Shown here: positions 1-12,688 of the stretch, piece after piece
Numbering within the stretch: the first letter of the stretch is position 1
Layout of the letters: every line of letters starts with the position of its first letter
NCBI RefSeq assembly: GCF_006345805.1
Contig: NC_043003.1
Location: forward strand, 12,524,001-12,588,000
Origin: Octopus sinensis
Taxonomy: Eukaryota
Reading direction: 5' to 3'
Length of the DNA: 64,000 nucleotides
Position numbers and translations under genes: made by a program
Notes under the pieces: model-generated
The model's database searches: none
What the model was told of the DNA's origin: nothing
Seen by the model: only the letters and a program-made list of their open reading frames with translations

Positions 1-345
1 TAAAAGAAATGGAGAAACTCTCAAAATACAAAGACCTGGAAATAGAGGTAACCAGAATGTGGAATCTAAAAACAGAAACAATTCCTATCATAATAGGTGC
101 ATTAGGCATGATAAAAGAATATTCAGACAAATACATAACAAAAACACCAGGACTTACAAACACATATAACATACAGAAAATTGCACTACTGGGCACTGCA
201 CACATCCTACGCAGAACACTTTCCATACAATAACCATCAGAGCATCACAACAAATCACAGCACATACCCAAGGCACACAGAGCTGCGCTCGGTAGTGAAG
301 TGAAAGCACGATATAAAAAATATACTACTGAATAATAATAATAAT
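1..345 (+). mobile_element. 3' end of R4/Dong-like non-LTR retrotransposon (restriction-like endonuclease C-terminus, 3' UTR, (TAA)n tail)
   Basis: ORF 9-233 KLSKYKDLEIEVTRMWNLKTETIPIIIGALG...IQKIALLGTAHILRR is the typical C-terminal segment of RLE-clade LINEs; ends in aataataataataat at about 331-345; runs off the window start. Confidence 0.85.
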
Positions 346-497
346 AGCAACAACATCAGAAAATACCTTAGGAATGAGAACCCAGATTCGAAATTTCCCC
401 AAGACACCTGATGAAGGCTTGGAGAGTATATCAGCCGAAATGTGTTAACAACAAAAACGATGAGGACAAATATCCATCAAATGTAAATAATGTACAA
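346..497 (+). mobile_element. 3' half of hammerhead-bearing SINE-like element (degenerate ribozyme copy)
   Basis: Near-identical to 29500-29644; gacac-ctgatga-a-ggctt...agcc-gaaa-tgtgtt at 403-446, lacking the cgt present in the other copy. Confidence 0.8.
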
Positions 498-524
498 ATA
501 CTTTCCTTGTCTTCATCTTATCTT

Positions 525-942
525 TTATTTTTTTACTTGTTTCAGTCATTAGACTGTGACCATGCTGGAGCACTGCCTTGAAGGGTGATTGACCCTGTAC
601 TTTTTTTTAAAAAAAGAAGTCTTGTACTTATTCTACTGGGCTCTGTTGCTGAATCACTAGGTGATGAGGATATAAACAAACCAACACCAATAGTCAAGTG
701 ATGGGGAGAGGAAACACAAACACACATATGCACACACACATACACACACACATACACACACACCTAATATATATATATATATGATGGGCTTCCACATAGT
801 CTCCTTTACCTAATTTACTCAGAAGGCACTGGTCAGCCCAGAGCTATAGTAAAAGACACTTGCCAAAGATGTTGCACAGTGGAACTGAACCTGAAGCCAC
901 TTGGTTACAAAATGAGCTTCATAAACACACAGCCATACCTTA
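525..942 (-). mobile_element. tRNA-derived SINE, family B (degenerate)
   Basis: Shares the tail acttgtttcagtcat..gactg..gccatgctggagcac, a central (CA)n/(TA)n tract and the head with many other copies in the window. Confidence 0.8.
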
Positions 943-1202
943 TTAATAATTTTATGCACTAAAATTTAAGTCGCTGGACTCTCTTTTGTCAGCTCCACTC
1001 TTGGTAGTTTCTGACTATCTTTCTCATAATATTTTCATCAATCTTCAACTGTTACTGAAGAAAAGCACAGAGATGTCACTCTGAATACTTTTCTCTCTAA
1101 TAACACACAAACTTGAAATTCAAAAGTGGTCTTCCTATCATCCTTAAAGCAATGCTAAATCTCCTTTACTTAGCTTCTTTACTGTTTAGGTATACATTAT
1201 AT

Positions 1203-1507
1203 TGTGGAGGCGCAATGGCCCAATAGTTAGGGCAGTGGACTCCTGGTCGGAGGATCACGGTTTCAATTCCCAGACTGGGTGTTGTGTGCATTTATTGAGC
1301 GAAAACACCTAAAGCTCCACGAGGCTCTGGCAGGGGGTGGTGGTGACCCCTGTTGTACTCTTTTGCCCCAACTTTCTCTCACTCTTTCTTCCTGTTTCTT
1401 GAGTAACGCTGCGATGGACTGGCGTTCCGTCCAGCTAGGGGGAACACATACGCCACAGAAACCGGGCCCATGAACCTGGCTAAGCTTGAAAAGGGCACAT
1501 AAATAAA
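1203..1507 (+). mobile_element. tRNA-derived SINE, family A
   Basis: Head ggaggcgcaatggcccaatagttagggc (A box) ... ggtttcaattcc (B box); target-site duplication atacattatat at 1192-1202 and 1508-1518; further copies at 44555, 52648 and 61147. Confidence 0.9.
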
Positions 1508-4500
1508 ATACATTATATCTTGTTTTCCCCCATCCACCCAGTTTCTTCAACTCTATCAGTACTTGTCACTTTAGCCTATCAGGATTATCCTTGTTTCCTT
1601 CATCCATCTATTGGTTCTCCATTCATCACTGTTTCTCCTATTTAGCTCAGTTATATTACCTCGAATGAACATACAAATCTTAGGCCAGCGAGAACTCTTT
1701 ATTTTTACTCTGTACAAAGCAACTATTTTTGTCATTGTTGAGTAAATATTTAGTATATTGAGTTATAATTCCAGCTTATAGTATTCAGTTTTATTTCCCC
1801 TTCCACTCTTAGATCCCTCAACATTTCTATAAATTCTGTTGTCCAATGCCTTATATCTTATGAATTTATTTTGTGTCTACTTTTACAGCATTCTTCATTC
1901 TTGGAGAATGTGCACATAAATTTTGTTGATCAACAAGGCAACAAAGCACTATTAACATATCCAGTTGAGGATTCTTTAATAATTTCTTGGTTAAATTAAA
2001 TTATTTTTTTGAGATCCTATCATTACTTTATATGTAATTATACCACTAAGCTTTTGATAGAGTAATTTAAAATGATATACTATTAATCTGACTCAGGAAA
2101 AAGGTCTCCATCTCTTGTAGTTCTGTGCTTCAATAAGTAAAGCTTCTTGTATGATAAAGTCTAGCATTATTCCACATAAAAACAAACCAATTGTCCTACA
2201 TACACAACATTTTGTTGTTTCTTCTACTGCTATTGCATAAAATAGAAATTCTAAAAAAAAGTTTCGTTCAAGAATACTTAAATATTATTGTATACTGTCC
2301 TGTTTTTTTTTTATGGTCAGCAACTGTCCTCCATGATAAACTAATATTTTCAGGCAAGCTAATATTGCTAGAATTGAAAATTTGTGTAGCAATAACTATT
2401 GGCTCTTTAACTAACTCACCTTTCATGTGTGATTTCAATTTTTTTGCAATTAGCTCATATACTTCATAACTTGCTTGCTTTATGGAAGTAGTTTCTTTAA
2501 TATCTTTTGAAATTTGATTGCATAAAAACTCTTTTTAAAGTGCTGACTCATTTAAATGTAGCATTCCTTTCATGTGTTGCTATTTTATATGCTTAGTTAA
2601 ATAATAACTTTCAAGGTTGGATTTTTTATGAACTACAACCAAAATCTTCACAAGTATGACATGCATATACACCGTGTATCCAATTTATAATGAACAAAGG
2701 ACTTACTTAGTAACTCCTTTCTTTTATGAAAATTAGTCAGTTCAGAAGAGGTTATTGTGTTGCACTTTGCAAAATTGATTTTAAAACCTTTAATGAAAAT
2801 AAGCAAAGAAACTAAATATTGCTCCAAGATATAGGTAAATTTGTCATGTTTTTATGTTCATTATGTAGGTTTCCATATAATTTCTTGTCATCTGTCTGTT
2901 TGTCACCAATAACAAATACCTGGTTTGACAGTAATGTCTTCAAATAGATTTTTTGAAAATGAGTGCTGGAAGGAAAACAAATATTAAATGCTAATTTGCA
3001 ATAAGAATATGATACACCATAAGTATTTTGATTCTTAATTAATATAAGACATGCATTATAACTTAACCCTTTTGATACAGCTTACTCAAGACTTCCCCTT
3101 GTTATATAATCTGTTTTAAAACTGTTTGAAATTAAACCTTCTATTCAAAATTTTATGTTAAATTATGTTCCAAACACTATCTTAATAATTTATTTTATTA
3201 AATTCTTCATTATTTTCAAAATTAATTGAAACAGGCAGTGTATTTCAGATGAAAGAACTTAAGGAAATTTGTTTATCTTTTAAGAGGTCTTGAAAGCAAC
3301 TATATTAAATTGTTGTTTGGGTTTTAAGGTTTAAACTAATTTTTTACTATATGGATTTTTAGAGAACTTTGTCAAGGGTTGGCTTAACATTTGAACATGG
3401 TCAAAATTTTACCTTGTAACAAGGGGTTCTGTACGCCCTGATTTAAACAATGGATCACCTTGCTTTCCAGTTTTTGTCAATTAAATTTCTCCTCCTTATT
3501 GAGAGTTCAAATATTGCTGGTGTTGATCAAATAACTGTCAATAACAAACTAGAGTCAATTCGGTTGAGTATACTTACTTTCTATTTAAATAGGCCTTGTG
3601 CTCTCATCAAAAGAAACTAGTTTATTTACTACACACGAAGGTCATGTTAATCACAGTGTTTACAATCTGATTTGACCTGGAAAACAGTTTGATTAAAGGA
3701 TTATAGAACAAAGAGGCATTCAGTTTATTTGTATAAGTTGTTCAATACATAAATAAAGTAGGCAACATTTAGGATGTTGGGTAGAAATTGTTGATACAAC
3801 CTAAATTTGAAAAGAATTTTTACTTGTGTTTTTTTTTATGTATATTATTAATTTCTAAATGGTTACTTTTGGCATATGTGAAATCGGCTGATATTTTCTG
3901 TAATTTTATGGCATTAAATCATTGAAAAACATCTTGCTTGAGAAGAACATGAATTTGTTGAAAGCTTTTGCCTATGGTAAAATTGTGAGCTCGTTAATGC
4001 AATCTAATAAAAACCTTTGTTATTTAAGCATTTTTCCATTTGACTTCAGTAGCGATGTGTCATCATTCTCTTTTATTAATGTTTTGTTTCATGAGTTGAG
4101 CTATTGAGAGGTGACTCTTATTTTTCTTAACAATTCAAAACAATGCTGGTGAGAAAATATTAGCATTTAAACCAGTCATATCCAATCCAAATATGCTATC
4201 TGCTTTATGCTCAAACTGTCCTTATCTGGCCTCTTACACTTACCCTACAATGTCATTCTAAACGCATACAGTCACACCACCTAAATCTCAAAGCTACAAA
4301 TATAATGCATAATTCATTCAAAACCTTGTGGTTAATTAAGTGTTCAACTTGACAGAGTAATCTGAATGCTAAACGGTGAATGAGTACCCTTTGATGTGAT
4401 AGCCAACATCCTAAAATACTTAAACTAACATTAGTTTTCTGAAAACCTACCAAAGTTAGTAATTCTGGCATTGGTTGGATTTCTAACTGATACATAGATA

Positions 4501-4799
4501 GATAATCTTGCAATTATGGATACATATTCTGAATCAATGCTTTACTAGTTTCAGTGGTGATTTTTATATGAGACTATATAAAGTAAACTTTTCTTCAAAT
4601 AAGACCGTATGGTTGTCTTGAAGGAAATTTGGCTGCTATTTCTAGTAAGTTAAGTAACCATGTAGAAATTTCTTCCTTGGTTCTGGCGTATTTTAACTGT
4701 GTTGTAACATAAGAAATATATCTTCCGGGAGCAGATGTTTTACAATTACTGTTTCCTTTTCTTGATATCTATTTTCTCGATTTAGTTGAATCTTCTTAA

Positions 4800-5016
4800 C
4801 CCTTTCGTTACTAACCTGGCTGAAACCGGCTCTGGCTCTATAGTACAAATGTCTTGTTTTCATAAGTTTTGAATTAAAATCTTTCACCAAACCTTAGTCA
4901 CAATTAATGTTCCTAACACTAGATTAATGATAAGTTATTTTACTAAATTCTTTGTGATATTTAAAATAATTGAGAGAAAAACAGAGAATCTCAAAATAAA
5001 TACAGTAATGAAAGGG
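4800..5016. mobile_element. TTAA-flanked MITE (piggyBac-like termini), family P1
   Basis: ttaa|ccctttcgttact ... agtaatgaaaggg|ttaa terminal inverted repeats; related copies near 3065, 8098, 16260, 57410 and 60035. Confidence 0.8.
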
Positions 5017-5130
5017 TTAAAGATCTCTTTTGTAAGCATTAGGCAGCATCGCAGATTGCTCTCCTTAGCAATTGTGAAAGCTCTAAGCATCTAAAATAGA
5101 ACAGATTAATTAGTGGTGGCTTACATACTA

Positions 5131-5480
5131 TCTTTTGTCTTTTACTTGTCTTGGTCATTCAACTGCAACCATGCTGGAGCATTGCCTTGAAGGGTTTAGT
5201 TGAATAAATCAGATCCACTACTTATTATTTTAGTCAGGTACTTATTCTATTGGTCTCTTTTGCCAAACCACTAAGTTAAGGGGACATAAACAAACTAACA
5301 CCCTGTTGCCACACACACTCATGTATATGACTGGCTTCAACACAGTTTCCATCTGCCAAGTTCATTCACAAGGTACCAGTTGGCTTGGGGCTATAATAGA
5401 AGACACTTACCCACAGTGAAACTGAACCTGTAACTACAGAATTGTAAAGTGAGATTCTTAATCACACAGCCGTGCCTGCA
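5131..5480 (-). mobile_element. SINE family B (degenerate)
   Basis: Same tail and head motifs as 8881-9281. Confidence 0.75.
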
Positions 5481-5949
5481 TCAACTATATAGTACTTAAA
5501 AAAAAACTGAAGAAAAGAAAGTAGCTCTCTGTAAGTTATTAAGAAGATTATTTAGGATGAGTTAGACAGGATAGTTTAGTCCAACTCAAAACATTTAAAA
5601 GAACAAACAGTGTTTCATTTTGCCATTTTTTTTCTCTTAATCCTATTTTTAGAGAAGAATATCTTGGTATGGTTTCCAACAATATGGGTTGCATCTGAAA
5701 GAACATAAATAAACAACAATAATGACTATAGTTGTTTAAGCTATTTTAGTAACAATAATAATAATAATAATGATGATGATGGTGTCTAATATCAGCACAA
5801 AGCCACAATGTTTGAAGAGTGGCAATGTAGTTGATTAGATCAGCCACAGTGCTTGACTAGTAAGTATTTGTTTATTGACCCTGGAAGAATGGAAGCAAAA
5901 CCACCCTCAGATTTCAACTTAAAATATGAAGACAGACATACATGTATAC

Positions 5950-6225
5950 ACTGGCGCTCTGCCGGATACGATGACAAGGGTTCCAGCGGGTCTGATCATA
6001 GGAACAGCCTATTTGTAGAATTACTATGCAAGTGGTTAAGCACTCCCCAGACACACGTACCCTTAATGTTGTTCTCAGGGGGACTCAGTGAGACTCAGAA
6101 AATGACAAAGCTGGCCCCTTTGAAATACAGGTACAATTCATTTTTGTCAGTTGAGTGGACTGGAGCAATGTGAAATAAAGTGTCTTGCTCAAGAACACAG
6201 TGTACCACCAGGAATCAAACTCACA
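5950..6225 (-). mobile_element. SINE family E fragment
   Basis: Core gagtggactggagcaatgtgaaataaagtgtcttgctcaagaacaca also seen near 19060, 35050 and inverted near 44230, 49410. Confidence 0.7.
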
Positions 6226-7654
6226 TCAATAAAGAAATTGCTGAATATTTTGGCCAGTGTTCCGCCAATTAAGTCATTCACTGTTCTAATAAAAATAGTA
6301 GCATATAGTAGCACATTTCTCCTCATTTACCACAAAGGTTCAGTTAAAAAAAAATTAAATAATTAGTAAATTTATTGACACCAAACTTACAACCCACAAC
6401 AGTGAAGCTTTCACTGTCCTGTATTTTCTTGATCTCTACTTTTCCCTGAACAGAATACACTCACCTGTGTTGTTAGGATCAGCCACTTTTTTACTTCCTC
6501 TGTTCACAGATCATTTGTTGATAGGTGCAAATACCTAAATCTGTATAAAAAAATATGCAGCCTTGCAGTATAGTCACATAAACGCAAGTGCATTGTGGGT
6601 GATTGATGGGACATATTTTTGTAGTACAAGCAGAAAGAGCCTTTCAATGATCTCTGATCTGTGTTATCACAGATCAATTCATGATAAATGTAACCTGGTT
6701 TGCAATAGAGTATATTGTGTTATTTTGAGCTGGTGATAAATATGGCTACAAGTGGTGTTGGTGGCGGCGGTGTAGTGGATTTTTCACTCAAGCATTAGGT
6801 TTCAGTTTTATTTGGGAAAGGATATAAACTTGAATGGAATGTGTAAGAGATGCACTGTAGCAGGTCAGTCATGATACATGCAAGTTTATTGCCTAATCTG
6901 TTTTTGTATATCAGAAAGTTGTTATTTTGCTTCCTGGTCAACTTGATCAAGCAGATTGATAATCAAAGACATTCCAGCCATATGACTATCCTATTTTTTA
7001 AAAATTTGTAGGACTACATATCTTGAGGTGTTTTTTTTTTCATTTTTAAAGATTGTTTGATTTGAGGGAGATTTACCTCCTATTTCTAGTAGGTTGTGTG
7101 ACCATGTAAGGACTTTCACCTCCTTGTTGACTTGTAGAGGCTGTAGTTGAAGTATGCAATTGTTATAACTCCCTAAGATTTATATAGGGTGCTTAAACTC
7201 AAGACAAGGTTAGTTGTAGAGAAGCAGCTGATATTGATTTGAGGTATCTTGATCAATTAACTTAGATAATTTAGATTGGTTTCGGCCAATTAATGGTCCA
7301 GGCCTTGACTAACTTAATAGCACCACCTAGAGAGGTCTTTTAAGTCATGTTTTAAGACACCATGGACCACTTGAGCAAGGAGTTGTTGTTGATTGATATG
7401 TATCCAGGTGTTGATGGTTTATCTGGTACTTCTTGGAGGAATTTGTCCAGGTATCATTTGGATGTTGTAGGCTATTTTTCTCATTTAATTTCTTTTGAGA
7501 TACCTTGCTGGTTACCTGGTTTCGATGGCGTGTAAGTGACTGAGATCTCAACATTCCCCTTGATCGAGAGATCAGTCATTGCAGGGCCATTTACAGCTGA
7601 GTGGACAGAAACAACATAAAATGAAGTATTTCATTCAAGAACATAATACTCTGC

Positions 7655-7980
7655 TGAACGTCCGCTTTCCATGCTGGCATGGGTTGGACAATTTGACTGA
7701 GGACTGGCGAATCAGATGGCTGCACCAGGCTCCAATCTGATCTGGCAGAGTTTCTACAGCTGGATGCCCTTCCTAATGCCAACCACTCTGAGAGTGTAGT
7801 GGGTGCTTTTACATGCTACCAGCATGAGGGCCAGTCAGGTGGTACTGGCAAGTCACGCTCAAATGGTGTTTTTTACATGTCACCTGCACAGGAGCCAGTC
7901 CAGTGGCACTGGCAATGACGTCACTCGAATATTTTTTCATGTGCCACCAGCACAAGTGCCAGTAAGGCGACGCTGGTAAC
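7655..7980 (-). mobile_element. SINE family C 3' part (RTE-like tail, internal tandem units)
   Basis: aacgtccgctttccatgctggcatgggttggac...tggatgcccttcctaatgccaaccac shared with 20880, 31135, 59611 and 63885. Confidence 0.8.
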
Positions 7981-8880
7981 ATTTTCTATAATTTAATTTT
8001 TCCAGTTTTAACAAATCTTTTTAGTCAGTACCCTCAGTATTTTTGAATTGGTTGTTCATTATCAGTCTTGTCCGAATTAAAAGATTTCAGTGTTTAACCA
8101 TTTTGGTACCAACACACCTGAGACTGCCATTGGTCCTGATATACACTTCCTGTTTTAAATTGATAGATTAAAACCTTTCATCAATGACTGTCATTTTAAT
8201 TAATTTTTCATTATTTTCAAAATTAATTAAAATAAATGCAGTGTATTTCAATGGAAATATGGTAACAAAATGGTTAAAGCATTTTTTTTATAACAAATTT
8301 CCAAATTTTTTCTCTCAAAAAAAAAGGAAAAGAAAAAAAACACTTTCACCTTGCCTCTAATGTTCATTCCAATCATAATCGTTATCATCATCAAAATTTT
8401 TCTTTTCTTTTTTTGTCTTCCCCTTGAATAAATCCACCTGGCTCTAATTGTTACCAGACCAACTTTACATATGTAACAATGCATGTATAATTGAAGCCAA
8501 AGCTTGGCAAGTGGTTGCCTGTCATGTAGCCAACTGCATTAGACTTCAAAATACTCATTGAATATTTAAAGAAAGATTTTGTAATTTCAAATATCATTAT
8601 TGAATGCCTGCTTCTCTGTGTAAGCTTAAGTTGCTTCTTTCACCCAGTTTCGTTTCATAATTACTTCGTCTGTAAGTTCCAGTACTCTTAATCTGTTCTA
8701 AATCCTTCCATGTGTTGTCTGGCCTACCTCTTACTATAAACCAAGTTCTTTTTTATTAATTTTTTAAATAATGTCTTATCAATTCTAGACACTTATTACA
8801 TGTGGAAACTTCAAGTTGAAATTGGATCAAAACATTTTAAGAATTCTTTTAATAGATGCTAGTGTTCTACCCCATACATT

Positions 8881-9281
8881 CTTTTACTCTTTTACTTGTT
8901 TCAGTCATTTGACTGAGGCCATGCTGGAGCACCGCCTTTAATCAAGCAAATCGACCCCAGGACTTATTCTTTGTAAGCCTAGTACTCATTCTATTGCTCT
9001 CTTTTGCCGAACCGCTAAGTTACGGGGACATAAACACACCAGCATTGGTTGTCAAGCAATGTTGGGGGGACAAACACAGACACACAAACACACACATACA
9101 TATATATACATATATACAACAGGCTTCTTTCAGTTTCCGTCTACCAAATCCACTCACAAGGCTTTGGTTGGCCTGAGGCTATGGAAGAAGACACTTGCCC
9201 AAGATGCCACGCAGTGGGACTGAACCTGGAACCATACGGTTGGTAAGCAAGCTACTTACCACACAGCCACTCCTACGCCTG
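8881..9281 (-). mobile_element. SINE family B, near full length
   Basis: Reverse complement of the intact + strand copies at 21897 and 36107 (head ggcgtaggagtggctgtgtggtaag...ggttcagtccc). Confidence 0.9.
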
Positions 9282-10324
9282 TAACTTCAGTTTTAAGAGT
9301 TGAAAAAATTTCACTGTGGTCAAGAAGCTATTCATGTTTACTTCGTAAACATTTTGATCATATCTAAGTCATTGCCAAACTGGAGCAGTTTCCTCCAAGA
9401 TAACTTCATGCCTCGCCATCAGTCTCTAATTTGTCCCCACTCCACACACTATTAACATATATTTTCATTACTATTTCCATCTGCTGTTCTACTTCGCTGA
9501 AATCCTTATCATGCAGTGATAACGATAGTGAATCTATTTATTACTTTTAGCTTTAATTCCCTCAAGCTACGTGAGTAGCGGAGGCCAGTGTGTTTTTAGC
9601 AGTGTATTTAACTTCACTGCTGACTGCAAAAAATTGAATTAATGAATTTGGATCCTAGTATATTTTGTGGAATCAAGTGGCAAGTCTTAGTTCTTTCTAT
9701 TCTTTTATTAGTTCCAGTCATTGAACTGTAGCCATGCTGAAATACTGACTTTTAGAGAATAATTAATGATATTCTCCCTTGTAATATATTTTACCAACCG
9801 TCGAAGGATGAAAGAGAAAGGGAAACTAGAGAGGATTTGTAATAAAAATATAATCGGATGCAATTAAATGCCACTAGGTATTTTCTCACCACAAGATATT
9901 TTGTTTGATGCTCTACCAATTATGCACTGCGTCTGCAAATTAATATACTGTGTTTACTCATGTATAAATTGCACTCCTAATTTAGTACAAAATTTTTCCC
10001 TTCATAATTTTTAGCATTTCCTCGTGTATAAATTGCACCCTGTTTCTCATTTAGAATCAAATGTAGAACAGTGTGACTTCTACATGAATAAATAAAGTAT
10101 ATCCTGTAATTATTTGAGCTGTTTGCTATATTTTTGCTGACTCTAGTACCAATATTTTTCTTTAGGAAGGCAACAGGCTTGAAAAATATCAATAATTGAA
10201 TGTTATCCATTAAACTGTTGTCGTTACCCTTATTTTAATGTTTCAAAATTTTATTTTGAAATAGCTTGGATAGATGTATATTATGTGTAGAAAGAAATAA
10301 TTTTGGGAAGAAATGGCATGTGGT

Positions 10325-10828
10325 TTTATTCTTGTACTTGTTTCAGTCATTTGACTGTGGCCATGCTGGAGCATTGCCTTTAGTCGAACAAGTCGGCCCC
10401 AGAACTTATTCGTTGTAAGGCTAGTACTTATTCTATTGGTCACTTTTGCTGAACCGCTAAGTTATGGGGATGTAAATACACCAATATCAGTTGTCAAGCA
10501 ATAGTGGGGGGACAAACACAGACACGACTACACACACACACATGACGGGCTTCTTTCAGTTTCCGTCTACTAAATCCACCCACAAGACTTTGGTCAGCCC
10601 GTGGCTATAGTAGAAGACACCTGCCCAAGGTGCCACATAGTGGGACTGAACCTGGAACCATGTGGTTGAGGAGCAAGCTTCTTACCCATAGCCATTCCTG
10701 CGCCTACTTATTCTTTGTAAGCCTAGTATTTATTCTGTTGGTCTCTTTTGCCAAGCAGCTAAGTTACGGGCACGTAAACAAACCAACATCAGTTGTCAAG
10801 CAATGGTTGGGGGACAAACACACACACT
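10325..10828 (-). mobile_element. SINE family B plus adjacent partial copy
   Basis: Full copy 10325-10705 followed by an internal fragment 10706-10828. Confidence 0.85.
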
Positions 10829-11970
10829 ACCTTAATGCCATAGCAACTGCCCTCACACCATCTCACCATTTTGCCTTGTTTTGGATGTCCTCCTTTTTCA
10901 AACCAACCTTCTGAATCCCCCCTCCACCTGTCCCTTCCACCTTTTCCTTGGTCTACTTTGCTTTTGCACTCCATTTACCTCAAACGCAATGACCCTCCTC
11001 AACACATGCCCATACCACCTCCCTCCATTCGCCCTTGCCAACCATTCCACCAGTTCCTCCAACCCCAGCATCCCCATCGAGTCCTGAGTCCTCCTCTTAT
11101 CAAACAGCTTCACCCCACATATTTACCATTGCTCTCTCAGTCCTTCTCAAAATTACCATCTCTCTCTCCCTCAGATACCATGTCTCACTCCCGTACAACA
11201 TTTCAGCTCTCACACAACTCTTATAGACCCTTCCTTTTATCTTTAATGAGAACCTTTTCCCATATAACAACGCTCCACATCCCTGAACTTCACCCAGCCA
11301 AGTCTTGCTCTTGCTGTCACAGCTGCTTCACATCCACCACTTACATCTACCCTAACTTCCAAATAACAAAACCCTCTCACTGTTTCCACTTCGTTACGTA
11401 GTGTTTCCACTGGTTCCGCCAGCCCTCCTGCTCCTTCCTTACATCTTCCACAAACAAACTCTCTCGCCAGTCTTGGAGTCACCTTCTTCATTTTCGTACA
11501 TCTACCATGAATCCATTTCTCACATCCCATACACAACACCACATTGATCCACCTTACTCACTAACACTTCTCCTTCCTCCCAACTCACCATCACCTTTGT
11601 CTTCCGAGGTTTACCTTCAAACCCTTGCCTTCAAACGCCTCCTTCCATTTCAAAAACTTCTCCCTCAATCCCTCGATCATCTCACTCATGAGAACAAGGT
11701 CATCTGCATACAGTATCTCCACTATTAATCCCTCTCTTGCCCTCTTTGTCACCACATAAACCACTATTGCAAACAACAACGGTGACAACACAGATCCCTG
11801 ATGCACACCAACTTTCACCACAAATTCCTCTGACAGCTCTGATCCAATTCTAATTCTTGTCTTTACCCCCTCATACAAACTCATCACTGCCCTTGCTATT
11901 ACCTCTAGTACACCCCTCTTCCTCAATGCCTTCTCCATATCAACAAAGCACATGTACAACTCCCTCACAA
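10829..11970 (-). mobile_element. 5'-truncated, frameshifted RTE-clade LINE (reverse transcriptase fragment)
   Basis: Minus-strand ORFs contain FVDMEKA, VGVHQGSVLSPLLF, LYADDLVL, GLKVN, RARLGWVKFR, RWYGHVLRR and RPRKRW, all RTE RT and C-terminal motifs. Confidence 0.92.
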
Positions 11971-12301
11971 ATTGTGACCATGTTTATGTTTGCACCAGTA
12001 TATCAACTAGTGTTGTTTATATTTTATCCCATTATGTTCCATAACCTACCAGTTCAACAAACAGAGATTGTTAAAATACATTCCAGTTGGTAATAAGTAC
12101 TGGGATTGATATTATTGACTGACCCTTGAAGATTGTGTCTTAGTATGGTTGCAGTCTAGTGACAGAAACTAGTAAAGCTGTAAAATATGTGACATTTTTC
12201 ACAAAAGTCTTTCTTATTTCTTTATTTATAAAGTAAGTTAAGTAGTTTTATTAGGTCAGACTATTATTTTATGAGACTGATGTATATTATTTTATAAGTG
12301 A

Positions 12302-12688
12302 CTAGCAGTATCGCCCGGCGTTGCTCGGGTTTGTAAGGGAAATAACTATATAAGCATTTTTAGAGAGTTATAGCAAAAAAATACATTAAAAATGGGAAAA
12401 AAATTATTGTAAATTTTTTTTTAAATCGTTGACTCATCGTAGACATTTTTAGAGAGTTACTTCCCTTATATAATAGCGAAAAAATGCATTAAAATGGGAA
12501 AAAATGATGGTTAATTTTTTTTTAAATCGTAGACTCATCGTAGACGCGCGCTAATACCCAGAAGGGCTCGATATGAATCACGACTATAAGATACCCGGTT
12601 TTGGTTAAACTGCACCGCAAAATGTGGGAGTAGTTAGGAATCTAAATCGTAGGAGACAGACACACAACCTTACTTTTATATATAAAGA
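12302..12688 (-). mobile_element. Non-autonomous Helitron
   Basis: On the minus strand it starts TC(tttatatataaaag), ends with the GC-rich hairpin-like cccgagcaacgccgggc then CTAG, and sits between A and T; near-identical inverted copy at 55313-55664. Confidence 0.88.

Noticed and set aside
1206-1280. Functional tRNA genes at SINE heads (also 29411, 36107, 52648)
   Set aside because: A and B boxes are present, but cloverleaf pairing is imperfect and each continues into a SINE body
9551-9570. 20-nt microexon-like segment (ttttag|...|gtgagt)
   Set aside because: Length is not a multiple of three and no compatible upstream exon is visible; no supporting evidence
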